Origin: Octopus bimaculoides
Lineage: Eukaryota
Direction: 5' to 3'
DNA length: 42,021 bases
Assembly: GCF_001194135.2 (NCBI RefSeq)
Contig: NC_068981.1
Span: forward strand, 137,918,418-137,960,438
The notes under the pieces are model-generated. The model was not told the origin of the DNA, ran no database searches, and was given only the letters and a program-made list of their open reading frames with translations. A program made the translations under genes and the position numbers. Positions 1 through 10,989 of the stretch are shown in pieces (the first letter of the stretch is position 1; each line of letters opens with the position of its first letter).

Positions 1-83
1 ATATATATATATATATATATATACGAATATATATGTGTGTGCGGGTGGGTGTATACGAGTGTGTGTGTGTATGTATGTATGTA
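1..83. repeat. Compound microsatellite (AT)n/(GT)n/(GTAT)n
   Basis: Visible directly in the sequence. Confidence 0.95.
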
Positions 84-310
84 TACTGAAAATGTTGCTC
101 ACACATTTACTTAATGTAACATGCTGAAGCAACTTCTGATATTTACAGATATTGTTTCTTGAAATCCCTGTATTATATTTCATATATCCGGTTCGTTCAG
201 TTCTAAAGAGGAAAGTAGATATTTTCAAATAGATAAATATACACAATCTATGTTGTAGATATATGAAGAGCGTTAATGTAGCTATATTTCCATAGATTGA
301 ATAAAATGAG

Positions 311-360
311 AAACAGCCCTAATCGATTTTCGAACATTGTTTAGTTCTCATCAGAGGTTT
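311..360 (-). ncRNA. Minimal type I hammerhead ribozyme motif with intact core
   Basis: The minus strand reads aaacct-CTGATGA-GAAC-taaacaat-GTTC-GAA-AATCGATT-A-gggctgttt. It has the CUGAUGA core, a perfect 4-bp stem II with G10.1-C11.1, GAAA, a palindromic stem III and a UUA triplet. Stem I is short (U-G, C-G, C-G). Confidence 0.65.
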
Positions 361-553
361 GTACATCAATTTTTAACAATTCCAGAGAAACAATTCAGTT
401 AATCGGTTTATATACTCAGCAATTCCAGTAGTTACAAAGAATTGGAGCTTCTAATCTGCGTCTCATAAATGTTAATACTTTATTTAAGATCAGGGGCCTA
501 TCAACGGGTATTTCAGTTCACTCAGTATCAAGTTATGATATAATGTGTGTAAA

Positions 554-555
<2 letters not shown>

Positions 556-584
<29 letters not shown>

Positions 585-1180
585 NNNNNNNNNNNNNNNN
601 NNNNNNNNNNNNNNNNNNNNNNNNNNNNNNNNNNNNNNNNNNNNNNNNNNNNNNNNNNNNNNNNNNNNNNNNNNNNNNNNNNNNNNNNNNNNNNNNNNNN
701 NNNNNNNNNNNNNNNNNNNNNNNNNNNNNNNNNNNNNNNNNNNNNNNNNNNNNNNNNNNNNNNNNNNNNNNNNNNNNNNNNNNNNNNNNNNNNNNNNNNN
801 NNNNNNNNNNNNNNNNNNNNNNNNNNNNNNNNNNNNNNNNNNNNNNNNNNNNNNNNNNNNNNNNNNNNNNNNNNNNNNNNNNNNNNNNNNNNNNNNNNNN
901 NNNNNNNNNNNNNNNNNNNNNNNNNNNNNNNNNNNNNNNNNNNNNNNNNNNNNNNNNNNNNNNNNNNNNNNNNNNNNNNNNNNNNNNNNNNNNNNNNNNN
1001 NNNNNNNNNNNNNNNNNNNNNNNNNNNNNNNNNNNNNNNNNNNNNNNNNNNNNNNNNNNNNNNNNNNNNNNNNNNNNNNNNNNNNNNNNNNNNNNNNNNN
1101 NNNNNNNNNNNNNNNNNNNNNNNNNNNNNNNNNNNNNNNNNNNNNNNNNNNNNNNNATATATATATATATATATATATAT
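556..1180. other. Assembly gap flanked by (AT)n; the ORF-track entries here are artefacts
   Basis: N run 584-1156 bordered by AT dinucleotide repeats. Confidence 0.95.
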
Positions 1181-2199
1181 ACTTTTATTCATTCTGTATG
1201 TTTAAAAACAAGTTATGACAGAACTAATATGCATTTAAAGAAATATCTTCGTAACCAATAGACGAGGTTCGTTTTGACGAATTCAAGTCTGTTCAAGACA
1301 GTTGTTGGAATTACATTAAAAAAACCTGTGTACAATTCATTTTAATGTTATTGTCAAATATGTGCTCGGTTATAGAAATCAGATAACATAGAGGGAAAGA
1401 AGTTGGGAGGTTAGACTAACATTTCAGACTTGTTACTTTGATTCCTGCGATTTAAAATGTGTGTACAAATTTAATTCTTGTATTTATTGCTTATTTTACT
1501 TAATCAAATACAGAGTCATGTATTCTCTTTGCCTGTTCTAACACCTGAACTGCTCACAAGCTCTTTTGAAACAAACAATATTCTGATTTCTGTAATTGCA
1601 TTCAGGCTTCGTTCGAGTCTATCACAATGCTTGCCACACCATTGTCGTTTTATCAAAGAGAGCAAAACGCTTTACTCTCGAGTGGCTACGACGAATGAGG
1701 CACCATGGTGGCTGTAATTGAAATGTCTATGGCCAGACACTCTCCTCTTCGATTTTTCACCAAGTCTTTCAAGTTCCACTTGACAATAAATATGAAGATG
1801 GAAGGGAGCGTTCTTTGCATGTGAATTTGTCAAATGGTAGATGACAGTAGCTAAAATATGGTTGGAACTACTCTAAGCATGTTTTGATGGAGGATACTTA
1901 CTACTCGCGGCCATAGTGATATTGCGTCTTCATTCGGATGTTCCTGTGTATCCAAGGTTTGTATTATCCATGTAATTGTATAATTTGAATGTTTTTTTCA
2001 TCTCATTCTTTTTTCCTCCTCATCCGATTTTATGCAAAACACCACGTTATGAGTAACTTGTCTTTGTATATTTGTCTAACGCCATAATGAGAAATAAAAG
2101 AAATTATTACCAAGTGGTCACGTTTTGAATTCTTAGCAAGTTGGACAAAATCTTTTGTGGTGTATTTTTCGACTCTTTATGTTCTGACTTTATATCCTG

Positions 2200-2325
2200 C
2201 AGAGTTCATATCCTTCCAGACTCGTTAAAATAAACTAACAGTCTAGTGCTGAGGCTAACCACATCGACCAACACACTCACTTTAAAACTACTGGCCTTGT
2301 GCCTTATTTAGAAAGCATTATTACT
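2200..2325 (+). mobile_element. Highly decayed tRNA-derived SINE, 3' half
   Basis: Resembles the ...ctggccttgtgcc...ttagaaagcattatt tail of the better-preserved copies at 13088 and 20580. Confidence 0.45.
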
Positions 2326-2411
2326 GTTATAAAGTAGCAGTTAATTAATGGAGTCAACAATAACATTCTCTCCTTCAAATTGTTGGTCTGTTGCCTAAAC
2401 CAGAAACCATT

Positions 2412-2500
2412 ATTGGTGGTGGTAGTAGTAGTAGTGGTGGTGGTGGTGGTGGTGGTGGTGGGCGTGGTGGTACTGCTGCTGCTGTTGGTGATTGTGGTAG
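2412..2500. repeat. (GGT)n/(AGT)n/(GCT)n trinucleotide microsatellite
   Basis: Visible directly; accounts for the poly-His/Gln tail of ORF 2410..2628. Confidence 0.9.
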
Positions 2501-3329
2501 CGGCTGTTTAATCCACAGAGAAGCCTACGGTGGAGCAGAACATACGTGGCAAGTTTTATTGAATATTTAGGACAGAGTTGTTGAGTATGTTTGGACAATA
2601 ACAGACAGAAGTTCTCAAGAAAAGCCACACAATATTCTGCAAATGTATATATACATTTATAAACTATTTTCTTTTAATTATCTTGCTCACTTTTTCAGCT
2701 TCAATAATTTTCTTCAATCTTATTACACTTCTAAACAACCAATCATAATTGGCATAAACACCATATTATATCATCTCTTACTGCCAGATGTTAAAGGCTA
2801 ACTTCTCGTCTTCAGCTTTCAGCTTCTCTCCCATTTTTTTTTACCTCGGCGTTTTTTTGTTTTTTTCTTACTGGGACAGGCTATATCAGAAATTCTTATC
2901 TCCTTTTGCTACGTAGTCTCTAAAGTTTACTTTGACCTGACAGATGTTAAGTTTTAAGCATGTGCTTTTCAAAAATTCGAATTAGTTTCCTTTTTCTTTT
3001 TTCTCATCTATAGTTTCTCTATAATAGTTTAATTTTACATCACATCAATGTGTGCAAAAAAAAATTTTGGTTTGTAAGATAATCAATGTATCTTATGACA
3101 GTTAACATGATCGTTCCCATGAACAGTGTCCTTGGAAACATAATTTAATGAGACATAGCAATGTAGTTTACATCAACAGAACCGCGACACAGTCATTAAA
3201 CATCAGAAAACAGTCTTGTACCAAACTCACTCAACACATTAACGACATACATTAAAACCTTCAAAGCTATGCATTAGAGTTTATAACCATCTTTAATGGC
3301 GACATTGCACTACGTAACATTGTCTGCAT

Positions 3330-3700
3330 TGCATCTCGTAGGCCAGGCCTGCTCATTTGGTTGATCATCTACAAACACCGAGTGTGGTTCAAACTGAAGT
3401 ACTGTTCACATACTTCAGTCTGATCAGTTGGCTGATATTCTTCAGAGGTCAGATATGACTCACGCTCAACTGCTGCTTACACACGTCTTCATCAGTCAGT
3501 TGATTGTCTTGATTGATCAAATGCTGCTCCAACTAAAATGCTGTTCATATGCACTTCGCTAGTCAGTCGCTGACCTTCCACAAATGTCAAGTGTAGATTC
3601 CACAACTGCTCGCATATTAGATGCTGATGTTCTGTATACAAAAAGAAACTTAGATACCATCATAAAAAGAAGCCATTCAGCTGACTGTCAACGATTTTTA
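3330..3700 (-). mobile_element. Decayed RTE-like LINE, post-RT fragment
   Basis: Mixed minus frames give RAVVESTLDICG...(SW)-QHLINQD...KQQLSVSHI, resembling the RTE-type RATVESVLLYG...SWQQHxTN...RRLxFAGH segment. Many frameshifts. Confidence 0.45.
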
Positions 3701-3729
3701 GTAAGTCGCTATGACTTCTAACTCAGCGG

Positions 3730-4110
3730 TGTTCCTCTCTTTTTCTTTTTTTTCTCGCCCTCTTTTTCTGTCAATACTGCAAAGGGATATACTTTTCTGC
3801 TCACTAATTTAATATCCTCTCCACCCAAGTTAACTTTACATATCCATCTTTCTTCCTCGCGTGCTACCTCTAAGTGTCTGTCTACCCCGCAATTACAGGA
3901 ACTAAACCCGTTGTCTAATCTTTCCTCCCTGTATATGCAATCCTCTAGAATTCTCCTCCTATCCATGTGTTTTCTGTAGATATTAACCTACTGAAGCTGA
4001 AACTCGACATCAGCTACACCAATGTCACCAGCTTGGAAGAAGGATCTGCTCAGGGCTAATGCTTTCCTTCTTTAATTTTACCTCACCAAATCATGTACAC
4101 CATGACATGA
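3730..4110 (-). mobile_element. Possible decayed RTE-like LINE 3' end
   Basis: Weak similarity in mixed frames (HMDRRRILEDC; GRQTLRGSTRGRK; FAVLTEK) to RTE C-terminal GHVxRMD...GRGRPRKTW...CAVLEK. Confidence 0.3.
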
Positions 4111-4199
4111 GTTGACTAACTCTTTAACTATTTATCCTACATAGCCTGCTCAAGTCTAATGTCAATTTCATCCCTCTAGATTTCATCAATGTTTTTGTT

Positions 4200-4600
4200 T
4201 CTATCTTGTTTCATAATTTGTATGAGAGCAAGTTTGAATGTTTGATTAAGAAGTACGATTCGGATTCGGATTTTTCGGATACAGTTCATCTCCATTGTAG
4301 TTTGAACAAATATCTTCCATTACACTCTCAAGAAACCGAAAAACCGGTATTTTAAAATACTATTGGATTTTACTCACAAGATATTGGAAGCTTATATGTA
4401 TATCATTCTACCTAAATAATGGATCTACAAATGAAATATCCCTGCATATCTCAAATCTATTTTCATTCCTCCACTTCACTCTCTATTTCGTATCTTATCT
4501 AAATTAACTATTGCTTAACCATTTTCTCACACCGTCTCCGATGAAGGGATATAATAAATATTCTGGAAACAGCTGTAAGACCTATTTATAAATGTTCTAA
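4200..4600 (+). mobile_element. Penelope-like element 3'/pLTR remnant
   Basis: Inferred mainly from the terminal hammerhead-like motif at 4534-4581 after a pyrimidine-rich stretch, an arrangement typical of PLE pseudo-LTRs. Confidence 0.4.
4534..4581 (+). ncRNA. Minimal hammerhead-like motif with variant core CCGAUGA
   Basis: GTCT-CCGATGA-a-GGGATAT-aataa-ATATTCT-g-GAA-ACAGCTGT-A-AGAC. Stem I GTCT/AGAC is perfect, stem III is the palindrome ACAGCTGT, the triplet is GUA, and stem II is 7 bp with G-U pairs. Confidence 0.6.
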
Positions 4601-5762
4601 AATATACACAGCCTTGGCTTTTTATCTCATTCTGAAACACACNNNNNNNNNNNNNNNNNNNNNNNNNNNNNNNNNNNNNNNNNNNNNNNNNNNNNNNNNN
4701 NNNNNNNNNNNNNNNNNNNNNNNNNNNNNNNNNNNNNNNNNNNNNNNNNNNNNNNNNNNNNNNNNNNNNNNNNNNNNNNNNNNNNNNNNNNNNNNNNNNN
4801 NNNNNNNNNNNNNNNNNNNNNNNNNNNNNNNNNNNNNNNNNNNNNNNNNNNNNNNNNNNNNNNNNNNNNNNNNNNNNNNNNNNNNNNNNNNNNNNNNNNN
4901 NNNNNNNNNNNNNNNNNNNNNNNNNNNNNNNNNNNNNNNNNNNNNNNNNNNNNNNNNNNNNNNNNNNNNNNNNNNNNNCTGTGTCTTTTGTAAGTGCATG
5001 TGTGTATGGGGAGTGTCTGTATCACCTATATTCTGTTAATACGTGTTCGTTTGTATTTGTTTTTATTTATTTATTTGTTCATGTGTGTGTGTGTGTGTGG
5101 GGGGGTTGTGTTTAATTAAATTTTGTTAACGTATGTAGTATTTAATTCCATTTGTTTATCTGTGTATTGTATTATACTTTGTTCATATTATTATTGGTTT
5201 ATGGGTAACATGTCACATGCTGTGGTTTGTGGTTTGTTAGTGGTGTGTGTTAGTGTTCCATTCTAGTTTCCTGGAACACTAACACACAACTGGTACTTTA
5301 TTTCATTGGCCCTAAAACGCTGAAACACAAAAGGTTAAACTTGATAGGATTTGACCTGTGGACAAAAATGTCTGTTAACAAATAGCATAGGATTTTTTAT
5401 TCATTGCTTTTCTTGTTCTACACAACCAAACACTCATCACCCCTTGTAAATGCAAAATGTTTTCGATGGAACCGCTAAATATGACCATAGTTAAGTTACA
5501 TTCCAATTTGTATTTTCACAGGATTTTTAATAGAAATACGCCAAATTCAACTTCGTAAAATAGAATTGGGTGGAGTAGTTCTTCTTATAATAGGAAAGAG
5601 GCAGTTAAAAGTTGATATTTCGGTATCAGGTGTCATATATAACTGAAGCTACATCTCTGTAGTATGAAGTATTTTAAAATATTAAAGTAAGCAGATAAGC
5701 AAACAAAAATTATAATCTGCGACAGTCAGCAAATATTCTTGGTATCACTTAGCAAACTGTTT

Positions 5763-5768
5763 TACACG

Positions 5769-5804
<36 letters not shown>

Positions 5805-5935
5805 TGTATATATGTATGTATATATGTATGTGTGTATGTATATATGTTTGTGTATGCATATATGTATGCATGTGTGTATGTATGTGTGTATATATATGTA
5901 TGCATGTATGTATGCATGCAAACGCACATACATAT
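5763..5935. repeat. Compound (CA)n/(GTAT)n microsatellite
   Basis: Visible directly; accounts for ORFs 5739-6044. Confidence 0.9.
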
Positions 5936-6516
5936 TTATATGTCAGTGTATGAATTTTTTTTTATGTATACAGGAATATTTGGACTGAGTTTTCTATTTC
6001 GTAGTTTAGTTCTCCCCATTATATTTGAAATAATGTTATTTTAATTGTCAAAGAAGCAATGGAATAAATATTTTGAAATTGTATAGTGCGTTGCAATGAA
6101 TATTTAATAACGAGACCGTTTGGAACCGTGCAATTTGTAAAGTAAGACAAATTTTCAAATCGTTAAAATACTCTTCCTCTTTTTTTTTTTTTTACCATAA
6201 GCATTAACGAATCAATTAAAAGTGTTACAATTTGTTGACTGAAGACTTCAGTGTCTCATTAACGTATTGTTTAGCACTAAGCTGTAGACAATACGTAGAT
6301 CTTAAGTCTTTCAGGTGCGAGATAGATAGCACCCCGCCAAAAATAAACTCTAGAAGCACAAAAATTTATTCATTGACCTTACATTGACCACACATAAATT
6401 TGTCCTTTATTATTAACTAAATTAAGCATTTCTAGTTGGAAATTACAAAAAATATATATAATTTTGACTTAGTGGAGGTGGTCTAAATTTTGTACCACCG
6501 AACAATAGGTACGTCT

Positions 6517-8192
6517 TTATTTGTGATAATCTTGGAAACATTGCTTCTTTTTACAAAGACAGAAAGGAACTTCGCAAATAGAACATTTTCTACTCTGTTC
6601 TGGTTTGTCGAGCTTTTGAAGTGCACAAAGCACTAGTTCCTCTTATTTATTAATGAGCCGACTCTCTCTCTTCTAATTTCTAATGAAACATGAGGCTTTC
6701 GCTTTTTAATTTCTATTGAAGGCCCTTTAGTCTTTCTCTTTAGCACCATAGATTCTGCTGCTAAGCTATCAATAATTTCCAATCTGAAATTTTTTAGTGT
6801 CGTATTGCTGTCCTGTACTTTCTTATGAAGTATGAAAGCGTTTACAATTGCTGCATCAAGAAAGTAAAAAAATATTCTGTACCACCATTTGTGACTCTTA
6901 CGGGCTATTTCATAGGTTTTCTTTAGCTGGTCAAACTTATCTACACGATTCATATCTAGGTTGTAATCCTTTATCATAAGTGGACAGTTTATTTGGAGCT
7001 TCCTTCCATCCTTTCCTAGCCTTGAAACTTGGCATATTTCAGTAGGATCGTGAAAACTTGACGTAGCATATACCACTCTCTTATCTTTTCATTTCACAGC
7101 CGAGATTCCATCATCAGAAATAAACCAGTCATGTTCACCTCTTTCCAAGTCTTTGTCATTCTTATAAGAAATTTCACCTATTCTTATTTAAAGTGCGACA
7201 TGCAAATAATTGATCTCCTTTTAAATCCTTAACTAGGTCATAACCAGTAAAATAGTTATCAAAAAAACTTTATGGTTTCCCCCTTTTAGTTGACTCGTTA
7301 ATTTTCTAATTACATTCCCTCCTAAATCTCTTGTAACTTTACCAGCATTTTTTACCAGTATAAATTTCACCATCAATAAAATACATTGACTTATCTGCCA
7401 GTACCCAAATTTTATAACCCCTACTTATGATTTGATGGAGTTATATTACTTTAGACTACTCTTACCCTTAAATTTTACCATTAATTCGTCCACGGCACCT
7501 ACATCATTTGCACAATAGCATTTTTTAAAAGTTATTTATGATCATTTCAAGGCATGATCTGGCTTTGTACAATTTATCTAAGTTACGGGAGCCCCTTTCT
7601 GGCATAAGAGAATTGTCATTCCAATCAATTTTTTTTAGTGGCATTAGTTTGCTTATAAAAGGATCATTTAGCTTTGGATCTGTGCTGCAGCAATCTCTAT
7701 AACTGGGCAAATGCTTAACTCCCATCATCAAATTAATTGCCAAAAAATTTTTATTTCTTTGGCAGAGATAGGATCTAAATTTTTGCCTGATTGAACTGCA
7801 TACAAATTAGTATGAAATGCAATATGCTCTATTATGTTATCAGTGAACAAATTGAGGAATATTGCATAAGATGTGGGCTCTTGCACTTCCTGGATATCTT
7901 TTGCAACATCACTTGATTTGGAAAAAAGAATTGTTGGTTGTGCAACATTTACGTTAGTTCATTTTGGATTTTTATTACTTGCAAAGGAGGCTAATAGAAT
8001 ATCATCTGAATCATATTCTGATAAATCATCAAACTCTACATTTGCTGTTTCTTCCTCCTGAACATTACTTTGTTCTTCGAAAGCTTCATCTGAGTCATTG
8101 TCATCACAAGCTGATTCATGGTCTGAAGGAATACCTTCATACAAAATTTCCTCAATTTCCTTTTGAGATAATGGATTTCGGTAGCAAGACAT
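6517..8192 (-). pseudogene. piggyBac (PGBD-like) DDD transposase pseudogene
   Basis: Acidic N-terminus (LSQKEIEEILY...SDHES), then LMMGVKHLPSYRD, VDELMVKFKGKSSLK (first D), DNYFT (second D), VDKFDQL (third D), KWWYRIFFYFLDAAIVNAFILH, and a C-terminal Cys-rich domain C-x-CSICEVPFCLCKKKQCFQDYHK*. Interrupted by stops and frameshifts. Confidence 0.92.
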
Positions 8193-8458
8193 TCTGCCAG
8201 GGTAAAATCAGAAAATATTACTAGTTGCCACTTCACAATTTCATAAGGAATTTATAAATCTAAAATATATATATATATATATATATATANNNNNNNNNNN
8301 NNNNNNNNNNNNNNNNNNNNNNNNNNNNNNNNNNNNNNNNNNNNNNNNNNNNNNNNNNNNNNNNNNNNNNNNNNNNNNNNNNNNNNNNNNNNNNNNNNNN
8401 NNNNNNNNNNNNNNNNNNNNNNNNNNNNNNNNNNNNNNNNNNNNNNNNNNNNNNNNNN

Positions 8459-8830
8459 GTGTGGTAAGTAGCTTACTTACCAATCACATGGTCCCGTGTT
8501 CAGTCCCACTGCATGGTACCTTGGACAAGTGACTTCTACTATAGCCTCGGGCCGACCAAAGCCTTATGAGTGGATCTGGTAGACGAAACTGGAAAAAGCA
8601 CATATGCGTTTGTGTATTTGTGTCTGTGTATGTCCCCCCCCCCCATCACTTGACAACCGATGTTGGTGTGTTTACGTTCCTGTAACTTAGCGGTTCGGCA
8701 AAAGTGATCGATAGAATAAGTATTAGGCTTACAAAGAATATGTCCTGGGGTCGATTTGTTCGACTAAAGGCGGTGCTCCAGCATAGCCGCAGTCAAATGA
8801 CTGAAACAAATAAATAAAAATAAAAAAAGA
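8459..8830 (+). mobile_element. tRNA-derived SINE (octopus-like family with an internal microsatellite), inserted in the piggyBac 5' region
   Basis: tRNA-like head with B-box-like gtgttcagtccc, the characteristic body gggccgaccaaagcc...gcggtgctccagcat, and an (AATA)/A-rich tail. Related pieces occur at 21615, 24400, 25385 and 26150. Confidence 0.85.
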
Positions 8831-9949
8831 ATATTGTCCAGGCACTTGACTCATACCTTCTTGAAAAATAGTAACACAATACTGTTATGTAGATAGGTAC
8901 TTCAAATAAAAATATAAGTATATTAAATTACATTTTTCAATTACTTGTAATTTCGTATTAACTAAGTTAAATTTTCAAAAATCAATTTGATACAAATGTC
9001 TATAATGTATAAAAATATAAAAAATACATATTAATTTTACAATTCTAAATCAACTCTTCATTGCACGAACACGTGTTTGTTTATTTGGTTGCTCATTGGT
9101 TCTAAAAATGTACCACCAATTTAACTAAATATAAACGTTCAAATTTTAATAATTTACCTATAATTATGCTAAATACATTTAATAAACAAAATATAAAAAA
9201 ATTTCTTGCCTTCACTTCAATAAACAAATTTATAACAAAAATTTGTACTCTTGTTTTTTCGTCGACTGACCTTTGGCACAAAATGGATTCAATTAAAAAA
9301 ATATTCCGTTTGTATCGCAGAAATCGTTGCGTTTGTATAGCAGAAATCGTTGCTGATTGGCTGATAGATGAAATGGTACGTTTTTTGAGCTACCGACCAA
9401 GCAGCGAAATGAATTTTAAGTTTCGGTACGAATTATGTACCACCGCTCATTAAACTGATACAAATAAGTGGTATCACCCAGGTTGAAAGAGTTAATGCGT
9501 GTAATTATTCTAACTCAGTGATATTCACCTAAACGTTGATAGGGGACATCTAGAATATGAAAGGCTAAATTTCGATCGTGTGATTTTTCAAGTCGATTCG
9601 TTATATGAAAGAAAAACATATTTTGGGAATTTGTTTAAAATTACCTTCAAATTTTCAATAAAACAACGCAGGAGAATACACTCACAAAAATGCAGAAGAA
9701 AAAAACAGCGAATTGATATGTGAATCATAAGAACGACAGCGAGAATACATTGAAGCAATCGCTCTTTGTACTCTGGATAGAAATCCCAGTAAGATCAAAT
9801 TTGCTTTTTTTACTAAGATACTAGTCGGGTACTGCAACTGGTTCTTCTTCTTCTTCTTTATACTAGTGTATATTCTAAAATTTACGGTGTTAAGAAAGCT
9901 CAACACTGACATGTTCGTTCTAAGGCCGATACTGCAATAAGGATAAGGA

Positions 9950-10192
9950 TAAAACTCCTTCCTGACTCATATAGACTCATAAGCCCCTCTTTCGAGTTTT
10001 CAAGGCGTATATATTCTCCCCTGGACGGGACGCAGGTCCGTCGCAGGGTTACTCGTTTTTGCCAGCTGAGTGGATTGGAACAATGTGTTTTGCTCAAGAA
10101 CACAATGTATCGCTGGGGTTCATGAATCGAAACCACAATCTTACGCTCATGAGTCCAACACCCTAACCACTAAACTGTGCTCCTCCACTACA
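9950..10192 (-). mobile_element. tRNA-derived SINE with a V-domain-like core
   Basis: Minus strand: A-box-like tagtggttagggtgttgg, B-box-like ggtttcgattc, and core ctgcgacggacctgcgtcccgtccagggg resembling V-SINE central domains. Confidence 0.65.
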
Positions 10193-10199
10193 GTAGTAT

Positions 10200-10412
10200 A
10201 ATCCTTTCTATTACAAGCACAAGGCCTGAAATTTGGGGGAGTGTGATAGTCGATTACATCGATCCCAGTACTCAACTGGTACTTGATTTATCGACCCCGA
10301 AATGATGAAAGGTAAAGTCGACCTCGGCGGAATTTGAACTCAGAACGTAGCGACGGGCGAAATACCGCTAAGCATTTTCGTCCAGCGTGCTAACAATTCT
10401 GCTAGTTCGCTG
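10200..10412 (-). mobile_element. tRNA-derived SINE (second octopus-like family)
   Basis: Reverse complement of ...gttctgagttcaaattccgccgaggtcgacttt...ggggtcgataaa...taatcgact; multiple copies in this window. Confidence 0.85.
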
Positions 10413-10989
10413 TCTTTCCACTGCAGTAAAATAATGTTAATAAGATACTGACAGAGAAAGTGATACGACACAAGCGCCGGAACACTCTAGACGATAAAAT
10501 ATTCAGAAAGACCACGTTAGAAGTTTATCGTCAAATGAAAGTTTACATTCCAGGGGATGTGGAGTCATTCATGGCTTAGTCAAAATGTTCAGCTAAAGTC
10601 AAAATTTCAAGGAGCGCACGCAAAAGTATAGTCAAGTGATGATTTGATCCATCACAGGTGGCTCTTTTCATCCTCCTTTGGGGATTAGATGTCCTATTTG
10701 TTATATTGGCATATCTTTTTATTAACTTCTGTTTGTATTAATTTATATTTATTTATATATTTATAATTTTTATCTTTAATTGTATTTGTTTTCACATATC
10801 AAATTTTTGAATTGCCTTATATCACTTATATCACATCTTCTCTGCTAGAGACTGGTAGGGGTTCGCTCCCCTTCCTCCTAGCAATATATGTGTATGTACA
10901 AGGTGCAGCGTCATACATATAACCAGCTAGCTGAAGATCTATAGTAGTAACATGGAACAGCCGCTTTGATGTGGCGATTGACTTTACTT

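Larger units (their letters stand above)
6302..9495 (-). mobile_element. piggyBac DNA transposon, degenerate and probably full length, with TTAA at both ends
   Basis: TTAA|gtctttca at 6302 and the reverse complement of tgaaagag|TTAA at 9495 match at 7 of 8 terminal bases. The interval encloses a piggyBac transposase pseudogene. Confidence 0.7.

Noticed and set aside
2410-2628. Poly-His/Gln ORF
   Set aside because: The tail is a trinucleotide microsatellite.
3575-3631. Apparent 57-nt phase 1-1 exon (HQHLICEQLWNLHLTFVE) that splices in frame to 2636
   Set aside because: Another frame of the same DNA reads RAVVESTL, and the surroundings match a decayed RTE LINE, so the exon-like signals are probably coincidental.
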